NCBI GenBank assembly: GCA_044432745.1
Contig: JAWXUH010000006.1
Coordinates: 1,375 to 65,374, forward strand
Length of the DNA stretch: 64,000 nucleotides
From: a bacterium
GTDB lineage: Bacteria; Bacillota_I; Bacilli_A; RF39; UBA660
Reading direction: 5' to 3'
The notes under the pieces were generated by a model. The model was not told where the DNA came from and did no database searches. It saw nothing but the letters and a program-made list of their open reading frames with translations. Positions 37,752 to 46,767 of the stretch are shown piece by piece. Each line of letters opens with the position of its first letter. Position 1 is the stretch's first letter. The position numbers were made by a program, and so were the translations under genes.

Positions 37752-38558
37752 TTAAAAAGCTATTAAATTTAATCTATTTTTTATATTATTAGGGTATGAA
37801 GTTGTTATATATATATCTTTATTCTTAACATATTTACCATATTTATTATGAAATTCATTTAATTGCGTAGTGTTATTTATTAAAAATATATTTATGTTTT
37901 TATAATTTTTATTACTTGAATATATAATTTTATTTGATACAGATCCTTTTGTAATGTAATTTACCATATAACTTATCATATTTTCATTATCTAATTTATC
38001 TTTAAAAGACATTCTTAAAGATACATAATCATTTTTAAATAAGAAATTATATATATAATATATACTTTTAAAATAACATAATATATCTGTTTCTATGCAT
38101 GTATTATAATTTTTACTTATTATTAAATTTATAGGATGACTTGAAAGATGTATTATATTTTTATTTAAAGAACTATATTTATTTAATAAATTAATAAATA
38201 CTTTTATATTTTTTCTACTTCTCCATAAACAACTCTTTGTTTCTATTTTAATTTTTTTATCTCCAAGTTTAACTTTGTTATTTAATAAAAATACTAATAT
38301 AGACTCTAGGGTATCTATATCATGTAACTCTTTATAATATAATTTTTTTATCTTCATTTTATTTTTAAGTTTTTTATCGTGCATTACAACTGGTATGTTA
38401 TCTTTAGTAAAGTTAATATCCAGTTCAAAGCCATTACATATATTTAAAAACTCTTCGTTTTTAAATATTTCTTTTAAACTATCAAGTGAATTTTCTTTAC
38501 TTTGTGTCATTTTATATCCAAGTCTATGTGCTATAAGTTTATATTCATTTTCTTTCAT
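37752..38558 (-). CDS. Glycerophosphodiester phosphodiesterase-like (GDPD family) protein.
   Basis: LIAHRLGY...ELDINFTKDNIPVVMHD resembles the GDPD N-terminal HR...E/D...HD catalytic motifs. Confidence 0.45.
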   Translation of the reverse strand: MKENEYKLIAHRLGYKMTQSKENSLDSLKEIFKNEEFLNICNGFELDINFTKDNIPVVMHDKKLKNKMKIKKLYYKELHDIDTLESILVFLLNNKVKLGDKKIKIETKSCLWRSRKNIKVFINLLNKYSSLNKNIIHLSSHPINLIISKNYNTCIETDILCYFKSIYYIYNFLFKNDYVSLRMSFKDKLDNENMISYMVNYITKGSVSNKIIYSSNKNYKNINIFLINNTTQLNEFHNKYGKYVKNKDIYITTSYPNNIKNRLNLIAF

Positions 38559-38622
38559 ATATCAATTTTATGTTTTTTTAAAAAATTTATTTATGTTATA
38601 ATTTTTTTTAGGTGGTAATATT

Positions 38623-39141
38623 ATGGTTTCTAGAGAAGAATTAGTTAAAAAGATTGATTTATATTACGATAAATACAATATTCTAAAAACACTTGAATAT
38701 AGGAAAAATATGTATGAAATATTTTTTAATATATCTGGTTTTATGTATTTTTCAGTTTTATATACTATTTTTGATTATGTAAATAAAAATTCAGAAAATA
38801 AAGATGAAGTATTTAATTTATTAAACATTTATGGGTTATCTCCAAACTTTATATCTCTTATATCTATGGGTTTTATTTATTATTATTCAGCAGAGAAAAT
38901 AGATATTAGTGATAAGGGTATTAAGGAGATTATTGATCAAAGAATAGATATGTTTAATGAAGCTGAATTACTTAATTATTATGTATCTAAAATATTGACT
39001 ATTAATGAAATATCAGAAGTTCAATCTATTATGAATAAATTGTATGAACTAGGTTATCTTGATGAACTTTCTTTTACATCTTTATATAGTTTGATAGAAG
39101 AACTAGATAATAACAAAGGTTTTATTAGAAAAAAATATTGA
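38623..39141 (+). CDS. Hypothetical protein (172 aa).
   Basis: RBS aggtgg. Possible TM segment. Confidence 0.5.
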   Translation: MVSREELVKKIDLYYDKYNILKTLEYRKNMYEIFFNISGFMYFSVLYTIFDYVNKNSENKDEVFNLLNIYGLSPNFISLISMGFIYYYSAEKIDISDKGIKEIIDQRIDMFNEAELLNYYVSKILTINEISEVQSIMNKLYELGYLDELSFTSLYSLIEELDNNKGFIRKKY

Positions 39142-39203
39142 TATCTTGCTTTTTTTATATATTTTTGTTAACATATGTTTTATTAGAAAAGGGGGAATAT
39201 ATA

Positions 39204-39941
39204 ATGGATTTTCTATTAATATTTACATTACAAGTTGCTACTGTTCCAGCAGCACTTGGTATAAAAAAAGCTACAATTAATAATATTGTAAAATATTTTT
39301 ATAAAAAGGGTTTTAAAGTAAAAAAGGAAACAGAAAATATGTTTGATGACTACGTTAAGTCAAAAAATAAAAAAGAAGAAATAATATGTGATGTTTTACA
39401 ATATTTAACTTTACTTACACCTTGTATTAATATAGTTTTTTATACTAATAAATTTATAAAAAAACCTAAAGAAGTTTATAATACTATGATAGCTACTGGT
39501 GTAATAGAACCTTTATCAGTTGAGGAACAAAGTGAATATAAAAATATTAAAACTATTCAAGATAAAATGAATTATATTCAAAAGGTTTCTTTTAGACCTA
39601 TAAAGGATGTTAAAGATGTAAAAATACTTATGGTAGATAATGCACCTATGACTACTGATTTATATACGTTAGAGGACTTAAAAGAACTTAAAGCTATAAT
39701 AGAACAAGATTTTGTTATAGGTAATATGGATGAATCTAAAGTTGCTGTTTTTGTTAAAAATAGTGATGAAGATTATAGTCATATAAATTTATACTCAAGT
39801 GAAAAAAGTGAACTTCATAAATTTAATAAGATTACTGATGAAAATGATGAAACAACTGAATATGTTGTTTATGCTCAAAAAGAAAATGTTATAGAAGAAA
39901 ATGAAGAATTAGAAAAAGAAATTGTTAGAACTAGAAAATAA
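39204..39941 (+). CDS. Hypothetical protein (~245 aa).
   Basis: ORF 39138-39941. Preferred start is the ATG at 39204 after aagggggaa. Confidence 0.5.
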   Translation: MDFLLIFTLQVATVPAALGIKKATINNIVKYFYKKGFKVKKETENMFDDYVKSKNKKEEIICDVLQYLTLLTPCINIVFYTNKFIKKPKEVYNTMIATGVIEPLSVEEQSEYKNIKTIQDKMNYIQKVSFRPIKDVKDVKILMVDNAPMTTDLYTLEDLKELKAIIEQDFVIGNMDESKVAVFVKNSDEDYSHINLYSSEKSELHKFNKITDENDETTEYVVYAQKENVIEENEELEKEIVRTRK

Positions 39942-40001
39942 TTTCTTTTTATTTGCAATTATTAATACTACTATGATATTATGTTTTTAGGAGAGGTTTA
40001 T

Positions 40002-40532
40002 ATGGATAATTTTAAAAGAGAAGAATATTTAAGTTGGGATGATTATTTTATGAGTGTTAGTTTACTTGCATCACTTAGAAGTAAGGATCCATCAACTCAA
40101 GTTGGTGCTTGTATTGTAAGTAGTGATAATAGAATATTATCAACTGGTTATAACGGTGCTCCAACTGGTTATAGTGATGATGAATTTCCTTGGGGTAGAG
40201 AAAGTGAAAGTGCACTTGATAATAAGTACTTATTTGTAGTTCATGCAGAGAGAAATGCTGTATTAAATTATAGAGGTAGCATGAAGGATTTTGTTGGCGC
40301 TAAGATATATGTTAATTTATTTCCATGTAACGAATGTGCAAAAGAATTAGTTCAAACTGGAATTAAAGAAGTTGTATACGTATCTGATAAATATTCAGAT
40401 ACTGATGAAGTAAAAGCTTCGAAGATGATTTTTGATAAATGTGGTGTTATTTATAGAAAACATGAAAGTATTAATGTTGATTTAATAACAGAAAAAATTG
40501 AAGAAATCTATGGAAATGAGAAATCTAGATGA
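40002..40532 (+). CDS. dCMP deaminase (ComEB-like cytidine/deoxycytidylate deaminase).
   Basis: HAERNA...PCNECAK zinc-binding motifs. Start ATG at 40002 after aggagagg. Confidence 0.8.
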   Translation: MDNFKREEYLSWDDYFMSVSLLASLRSKDPSTQVGACIVSSDNRILSTGYNGAPTGYSDDEFPWGRESESALDNKYLFVVHAERNAVLNYRGSMKDFVGAKIYVNLFPCNECAKELVQTGIKEVVYVSDKYSDTDEVKASKMIFDKCGVIYRKHESINVDLITEKIEEIYGNEKSR

Positions 40533-40604
40533 TTTCTTTTTTTCATGAATAATAATAGTAATTATTAATAAAATTTATAATATACTTAATTAAGGAGTAA
40601 ATAT

Positions 40605-41741
40605 ATGAAAACTTTATTATCTAGAAAATTTGAATATGAATATAAGAATTATGTAAATATATTAAAAGAATATAAAATAGATACAGATTTAGAAAATAAA
40701 AATTTATTTGAAATATTATATTACGACGTTTCGTTATGTGAAAAAATAGATTTTTTAGAAAAAAATACTTTAAAACAAATATGTGATTTTATTTATAATG
40801 TATCAAATGAATTTAGTGATTGGAAAAGTCTTGTTGAGTATTTTTCTAGTTATAATTTTGTTATAAATAATAATAGGGAATATAATCTAATTAATGGTAA
40901 TTATGATTTAAATGAACTTTCCTTATCAGAAGAAGATATTTTTATAATAAAGGAACTTAGTAATTTATATAAACTTGCTTTATATGAACTTTGTTATCTT
41001 AAAAAAAATAAGGATTATTTATCTATACCATTAGATCATCTTATGAATGTTAAGAATAGTGCTTCCCTTAGTTTAAATCAAATTGTAAAAAGTGAAATTA
41101 TTAATTCATCGTATGGTAGAATTAATAATTTAACTTATACATTATTAAATGATTTAAAGGAAGAGAAGCTTCTTGAACTTCATACTAAATGTAGAGAATA
41201 TTCATTTTTAAGTATTAAAAATGGTATTTATAAAGCTCCAGAATCATATTGTCAAGTTTCTTCAAGTGCTAATCTATTTTTAGTAAGAAGTACTTTTAAA
41301 CTTAGTAATGAAGTAGGTAGTTTAGATATCGAAGAATCTAATATTTATAATTGTAATCTAATTTCTACATTATCACCAAATGTACCTGTATTTTCAGATA
41401 ATCATATAATAGTAGGGTATAGTGATATAGAAAGTGATCAAATATTATTTGTATCAAACACTGATATATCTTTAGGTACTGAAGATGAAATACCACTTTG
41501 TTGTTTATACGATATAAAAGAGTTAAATGAAAGAACATGTATTAATAATACATATAATGAAATTTTAATATCTTCAGTTGATAAATATGGTAATGAAATT
41601 AAACCTTCATATATAGTTCAAAGAGATGAGCTTGATGTTGATTCTCTTTCATATGCTAAAAGTATAGATAAACCAATTGTTAGAATGAGAACAAATAAAA
41701 AAACAAATGATTATAATATCTTATCAAATTTAAAAAACTAA
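40605..41741 (+). CDS. Divergent fourth member (P4) of the uncharacterised paralog family (378 aa).
   Basis: Shares the N-terminal architecture plus SSYGRINN, LLELHTKCREY, NELNERT, KPSYIVQR and KPIVRMRTNKK. It lacks the SVYP and PYDAYT motifs. Confidence 0.75.
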   Translation: MKTLLSRKFEYEYKNYVNILKEYKIDTDLENKNLFEILYYDVSLCEKIDFLEKNTLKQICDFIYNVSNEFSDWKSLVEYFSSYNFVINNNREYNLINGNYDLNELSLSEEDIFIIKELSNLYKLALYELCYLKKNKDYLSIPLDHLMNVKNSASLSLNQIVKSEIINSSYGRINNLTYTLLNDLKEEKLLELHTKCREYSFLSIKNGIYKAPESYCQVSSSANLFLVRSTFKLSNEVGSLDIEESNIYNCNLISTLSPNVPVFSDNHIIVGYSDIESDQILFVSNTDISLGTEDEIPLCCLYDIKELNERTCINNTYNEILISSVDKYGNEIKPSYIVQRDELDVDSLSYAKSIDKPIVRMRTNKKTNDYNILSNLKN

Positions 41742-41775
41742 AAAAAACTATTAAATTAATAGTTTTTTTTATGTT
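41742..41775. terminator. Bidirectional terminator (aaactattaa attaatagttt).
   Basis: Perfect palindrome with flanking T/A runs between convergent genes. Confidence 0.6.
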
Positions 41776-42636
41776 TTATTTTCTTGTTCTAGAAGTATTT
41801 TCTAAATAGTCCTCAAAGGTATTAATTTTAGTTTCATTTATTTTTTCTAAGTATTCTAAATAATACTCTATGAATTCTGATAACTTCATTTGATTTGATA
41901 AAAAAACTTTATAATAATCCTTAAAGTTTTTACCTTCTATATTACATGATTTTAGACATCCTTCTAAATCTTTATTATGTACAAAAAATAATCTATTTCC
42001 AAAATACATTTGTACTTTTTTAAAATCTTTATTCTTTTGTATATTAAATGAATCAGTATCTATAAATTTAAAAGTTTTATCATCTATGCAAAATAAAAAA
42101 TTATTGGCATGTAAATCACTAGCTTGAATATCTGCCTTAGTTAATCTTTTTAAATCTGCTTCAGCTTTAAGTATTGCTTGTTTATATTCTTCAATAGTTA
42201 AACCTTCACTAAGTGTATGTATACTACTATTATTTATGTATTCTGTTATATATCCTCTTAGTACTATTCTAGATGTAGCATTTAAATGATATATTAACTC
42301 TCTTGGAAAAACTATATTAGGCAAATTTAAAGATGCAAAATATTCCATTTTTTGCATATCAAAGTCATCTCTAAAAGTTTCTTTATATATTTTTGTTTTG
42401 TCATTATTAATATATATTGAACCATTGTCACCTGAGCTTAGATATGTTGAATATTCTTCTTTAATTGTACTATCTAGTGGTTTACTATATTCAAAAAAAT
42501 CTGCTTCAAATAATTTGATAACCTCTGGATCATTAATGCTTTTTTTATATAATATATTAAAATCATTAATAAAATTTATTCTATCTTGTCCTATTAATTT
42601 TTTTTCTTGTAATTCAATTAACTTATCTTTCATAAC
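41776..42636 (-). CDS. Kinase-fold protein (APH/CotS/choline-kinase-like).
   Basis: DLHANNFLF (HxDxxxxN-like catalytic loop) and FIDTDS (DFG-like). True start at MKDK, with RBS aaaggag. The first 24 codons of the listed ORF overlap the promoter. Confidence 0.55.
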   Translation of the reverse strand, partial: VMKDKLIELQEKKLIGQDRINFINDFNILYKKSINDPEVIKLFEADFFEYSKPLDSTIKEEYSTYLSSGDNGSIYINNDKTKIYKETFRDDFDMQKMEYFASLNLPNIVFPRELIYHLNATSRIVLRGYITEYINNSSIHTLSEGLTIEEYKQAILKAEADLKRLTKADIQASDLHANNFLFCIDDKTFKFIDTDSFNIQKNKDFKKVQMYFGNRLFFVHNKDLEGCLKSCNIEGKNFKDYYKVFLSNQMKLSEFIEYYLEYLEKINETKINTFEDYLENTSRTRK

Positions 42637-42781
42637 AAACTCCTTTTTTAATTCGTATATAGTAACACTATAAAATGAAAAAAACAACATAATTGTTACT
42701 TTTTTCATTTTTTTATAATAACTTATTTCATGTGTGTTATTATATATATATGAAAAGTATTTAGAAGGAGAAAATCTACAA

Positions 42782-44194
42782 ATGTTTAGTAAAATTAAAA
42801 AAATAAGTATTCCTCAAGGGGAAAATAATGAAGATATAGTAGGTAGTGGTGATAATTATATCTACTGTATTGATGGAGCAACTGGTCTTAGTAAGATAAA
42901 TATTATGGATAAAGACAGTGATGCTATGTGGTTTGTAAAAAAAACTGCTTCATTGTTAGATACATTACTAATAGATAATAACAAATCTTTAAGTGATATA
43001 TTAAAACAATGTATGAAAGATATCGAATCAGAAATATTATTAAGAAAAGAAGAACTTTTTTTAGATGATTATGATTATCCAAGTGCAGGTATAGCTATTG
43101 CTAGAATTGTTAATAAAGATAATCTAGAAATTTTAAGATTAGGTGATGTTCTTGTAAATATATTTGATAAAAATAATAATATAGTTAATATGCATGATGA
43201 TAAATTGCCTGAACTTGATGATTATGCTATTAATATGCAAGTTCAGTTAGCAAAAGAAAATAACATATCAGTAAGGGAAGCTCGTAATCTTATTAATGAT
43301 ATTTTACTTGTTAATAGAAAAAAAATGAATACAGAAGATGGTTATTTTATATTAGATCCATCAGGAAATGGAATTGATAAAGCTGATATTGAAGAATTTA
43401 ATATATCTAATTTAGACAGTATTTCTTTAATGAGTGATGGATATTACTGTATATCTGATACTTATAATATAGTAGATAGTTTTAAATCCCTTCATATGGA
43501 AATGAGACTAAATAAATTACAATCTTTATATGATAAAATGCACTCTATTCAAGAAGAAGATTTAGATTACAACAAGTATCCTAGATTTAAAATGAGAGAT
43601 GATTCAAGTGTAATATTTGCATCATTACGTGAACGCAGTATAGTATTTGCTAGTAATAATAAAGGTAAGATAAAAGAAATAACAGATATAATCAAGGGTG
43701 TTTATATTCTTTCTCTTGATGATCTTGGAGTTGATATAGATGTTTTAGAAGATCAAAATACTTTTGAAAAGAATGCGTTAAAAAAAGCTAAAGAAATATA
43801 TGATTTAGTAGGTATACCTGTTATTGCAGATGATTCTGGATTATGTATTAAAGAACTTGATAATTGGCCAGGAGTTATTACAGATAGATTCTTAGGTGAA
43901 GGTGCTACTACAGAAGAAAAGAATGATTATATAATAAATAAGGTTTCAAAATTAAAATCAAGAGAAGCTTATGTAAATTGTTCTCTTTGTTATTATGATG
44001 GTGAGCAAACTATAATTGTTTCTGAAAAAATAGAAGGTAATATTTCTTTAGAAAAAAGAGGTATAAATGGTTTTGGTTTTGATGAAATATTTGAACTACC
44101 AAATAAAAAAACTTTAGCAGAACTTACAATTGATGAAAAAAATGAATTAAGTTCTAGAAAAAAAGCAGCTATGTCATTATTACAAAAAATCTAA
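42782..44194 (+). CDS. Fusion protein: N-terminal PP2C-like (SpoIIE-type) phosphatase-like domain plus C-terminal RdgB/Ham1 non-canonical NTP pyrophosphatase.
   Basis: C-terminus IVFASNNKGKIKEI...ADDSGL...GFGFDEIF matches the Ham1/RdgB family. N-terminus has CIDGATG and LMSDGYY, resembling PP2C DGxGG/SDG motifs. ORF 42734-44194, with the start ATG at 42782 after aaggagaaa. Confidence 0.6.
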   Translation: MFSKIKKISIPQGENNEDIVGSGDNYIYCIDGATGLSKINIMDKDSDAMWFVKKTASLLDTLLIDNNKSLSDILKQCMKDIESEILLRKEELFLDDYDYPSAGIAIARIVNKDNLEILRLGDVLVNIFDKNNNIVNMHDDKLPELDDYAINMQVQLAKENNISVREARNLINDILLVNRKKMNTEDGYFILDPSGNGIDKADIEEFNISNLDSISLMSDGYYCISDTYNIVDSFKSLHMEMRLNKLQSLYDKMHSIQEEDLDYNKYPRFKMRDDSSVIFASLRERSIVFASNNKGKIKEITDIIKGVYILSLDDLGVDIDVLEDQNTFEKNALKKAKEIYDLVGIPVIADDSGLCIKELDNWPGVITDRFLGEGATTEEKNDYIINKVSKLKSREAYVNCSLCYYDGEQTIIVSEKIEGNISLEKRGINGFGFDEIFELPNKKTLAELTIDEKNELSSRKKAAMSLLQKI

Positions 44195-44197
44195 CAA

Positions 44198-44240
44198 AAA
44201 CTTAATTTCTTTAATATAAGAAATTAAGTTTTTATTTTAG
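44198..44240 (+). terminator. Rho-independent terminator.
   Basis: aaacttaatttctt...aagaaattaagttt followed by a T-run. Confidence 0.55.
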
Positions 44241-44362
44241 AATTTGACTTTGTTTTTTAGGAGTGTTAAACTAAAAGAGAAGATAAGATAATTATTTTAT
44301 AAGAAATATTCATAGTTAATTACTATATTTCTATAAATTTATAATTGATAAGGAGTATCACA

Positions 44363-44932
44363 ATGAAGAAGAAAATAAATTTTAAAGATGAATATAAATA
44401 TAGTATAGTTAGTCTTATTATACTTCTAATGTATGGTCTTGGTTTAGTATACGAAATTACTATCTTTAGCAATTGTACAGGAATTCTTGTTATAGTATAT
44501 TTTGCTTGGGTTTTTATAAGTTCTATATTAGAGAAGGTTAGTAAACAAGAAAAATTTAATTTGTTACTTAAAAATTTATTGATTTTTTATAATTTATTTA
44601 CTATTGTTACTATGTTAATTTTATCTAAAATTGGTTACGTTTTAGACTTGGTTTACCTAACAAAAGTAGAACATGGTTTTCAGGCTATGTATTCAATATT
44701 TTGTATGTATCAAATATTCATACCAGGTTTACTTGTAAATGGTATCTATTTTTTTCTAAAAAAGAAAAAAATACTTGGATCTATAATTATATTAATTTCA
44801 ATAATATTAAGTATTTTTGAACATAGTTCTATACTATTAATAGTAGGAATTCTTTTTCTACTAGTAGCTGTAAGGTTTTTTATACATTTACTTCATATCA
44901 ATTTACCTGATGAAGTTGAATTTTTAGAATAA
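44363..44932 (+). CDS. Polytopic membrane protein, hypothetical.
   Basis: ORF 44345-44932. Preferred start is the ATG at 44363 after aaggag. At least five hydrophobic helices. Confidence 0.55.
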   Translation: MKKKINFKDEYKYSIVSLIILLMYGLGLVYEITIFSNCTGILVIVYFAWVFISSILEKVSKQEKFNLLLKNLLIFYNLFTIVTMLILSKIGYVLDLVYLTKVEHGFQAMYSIFCMYQIFIPGLLVNGIYFFLKKKKILGSIIILISIILSIFEHSSILLIVGILFLLVAVRFFIHLLHINLPDEVEFLE

Positions 44933-45061
44933 TAAGTTAATAATTAACTTATTATTTTTTTTAAACTATATTAACTTGTACATTTTCTTAATTTCAATTG
45001 ACTTTACTATGAAAAAAATGTTATATTTTATATGATAATGGTAAGAAAGTAAGGTGTATAT

Positions 45062-45892
45062 ATGAAAAATAAAAATAAAGATTATCTAGTATGTATTGAT
45101 TCTGATGGTTGTGTAATAAATACAATGAATATAAAACATGAGAAATGTTTTGGGCCTTGTATTATAGAAGTATGGAATTTATATGAATATGAAGAATTGA
45201 TATTATCAAGATGGAATGACATTAATTTATATAGCAATACTAGAGGTATTAATCGTTTTAAAGGCATTGGTATGATTTTAAAAGAAATAGATACTTCGTA
45301 TAAAAAAATAGAAGATTTAGATAGTTATTTAAATTGGCTTAATGGCAATGAACAATTATCTAACGAAGATTTAATGAATTATATTGAAAATAATAGCGAT
45401 GAATGTTCTAAAAATGTACTTAAATGGTCTGATATGGTTAATAATAAAGTAGCTAGTTTAGATCCTTCTATGAAAGTTTCATTTGAAAAATGTGCAGAGG
45501 TTATTAAAAAAATAAAAACTTATGCAGATGTAGTAGTATTATCTGCTGCTAATAAAGCTGCTATTGAAAAAGAGTGGGAACACAACAATTTACTTCATTT
45601 AGTAGATGATATATACTCACAAGATATTGGTACAAAAGATTTTTGTATAAATGAACTTTTGAAGTTAGGGTATGATAAAAATAAAGTATTAAAAATGGGT
45701 GATGCTCCTGGTGATTTAGCAGCAGCTAAGAAAAATGGTGTTTATTTTTATCCAATTTTGTTTGATACACCAAATGAATCTTGGATTGAATTTGATGAAA
45801 TAGGTTTAAATAAGTTTATTAGTGATGATTACCAGTTATATGGAATTAAAAAAGAAGAAGAATTTAACAATCAATTTATTGGTAAGAATTAA
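45062..45892 (+). CDS. HAD-superfamily hydrolase.
   Basis: Motif I LVCIDSDGCVI. C-terminal KMGDAPGDLAAAKKNG (motifs III/IV). RBS aaggtg. Confidence 0.6.
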   Translation: MKNKNKDYLVCIDSDGCVINTMNIKHEKCFGPCIIEVWNLYEYEELILSRWNDINLYSNTRGINRFKGIGMILKEIDTSYKKIEDLDSYLNWLNGNEQLSNEDLMNYIENNSDECSKNVLKWSDMVNNKVASLDPSMKVSFEKCAEVIKKIKTYADVVVLSAANKAAIEKEWEHNNLLHLVDDIYSQDIGTKDFCINELLKLGYDKNKVLKMGDAPGDLAAAKKNGVYFYPILFDTPNESWIEFDEIGLNKFISDDYQLYGIKKEEEFNNQFIGKN

Positions 45893-46767
45893 TGAGTTTA
45901 ATAAAAACAATAAATGAACTTAAAAACGTATTTCCATCTATTGTAACTAATGAATTTATAAATACTATGCCTAGAAGAGAATTAACTGATTACGAAAAAT
46001 CTTTACCGTATTCTAAGTATTATTTTAAGGATATGGCAAAAATACCACAAGAAGATTTAGATATTGTTAACAAAGGTCCAGTAAATTCAAAAAGTGTAAT
46101 AGATATGCACAATATATCTAAATTATTTGATAAAGGATATTTAGAAATTGAAAATGGATATTGTTATATGAATGATGGAACAGGTTTTGCAGCTAGTAAA
46201 GTTTTTATGAAAGATGTAGAACTTGAGATGTTAGATTGGTGGTTTAATTGGCATCCTTTAGAAGATTTAAGATATGCTATTTGGTGTCCTGTTGCTCATA
46301 ATGGAACTAGTGTAAAAACCCCTAATGAGCATCTTGATTCAAGTGGAGTTGACTTAAAGGTAAGAAATTATAATAAGACTCACTATCCAGATGAAGGTTT
46401 TAATTTAAATGGACATGAAGTTTTAACTATTAATTTTAAAGATCCAAGTCAACTAGGTTTTGATATAAAAGATAATCATGTTTATCTTGCAAGTGTAACT
46501 CGTAGAGTATTATTTTTCAATTTACCAGTAGCAACATTTGTACACTGCGCAAGAAAAGTAGAAGGTGGAACTGAATTTAGAAGTAGGTATTACCAAAGTG
46601 TTTATATAAATAAAAAAGGTAAATTTAAAAAATCAATTATTAAGTTTCCAAAAAGTGTAGTAGAATCACTTGCTAGAAATAATTGTTTACATAGTTTAAC
46701 TGAATATAACAACTTAGCATCTATTTTACCAAGTTTGTATAAAGAAGAAAGAGGAGAAATAAAGTGA
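45892..46767 (+). CDS. Hypothetical protein, possibly a phloretin/DAPG-hydrolase (PhlG)-like fold. Function unassigned.
   Basis: 291 aa. WWFNWHPLEDLRYAIWCPVAH segment. Coupled to neighbours by ATGA and GTGA overlaps. Confidence 0.45.
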   Translation: MSLIKTINELKNVFPSIVTNEFINTMPRRELTDYEKSLPYSKYYFKDMAKIPQEDLDIVNKGPVNSKSVIDMHNISKLFDKGYLEIENGYCYMNDGTGFAASKVFMKDVELEMLDWWFNWHPLEDLRYAIWCPVAHNGTSVKTPNEHLDSSGVDLKVRNYNKTHYPDEGFNLNGHEVLTINFKDPSQLGFDIKDNHVYLASVTRRVLFFNLPVATFVHCARKVEGGTEFRSRYYQSVYINKKGKFKKSIIKFPKSVVESLARNNCLHSLTEYNNLASILPSLYKEERGEIK

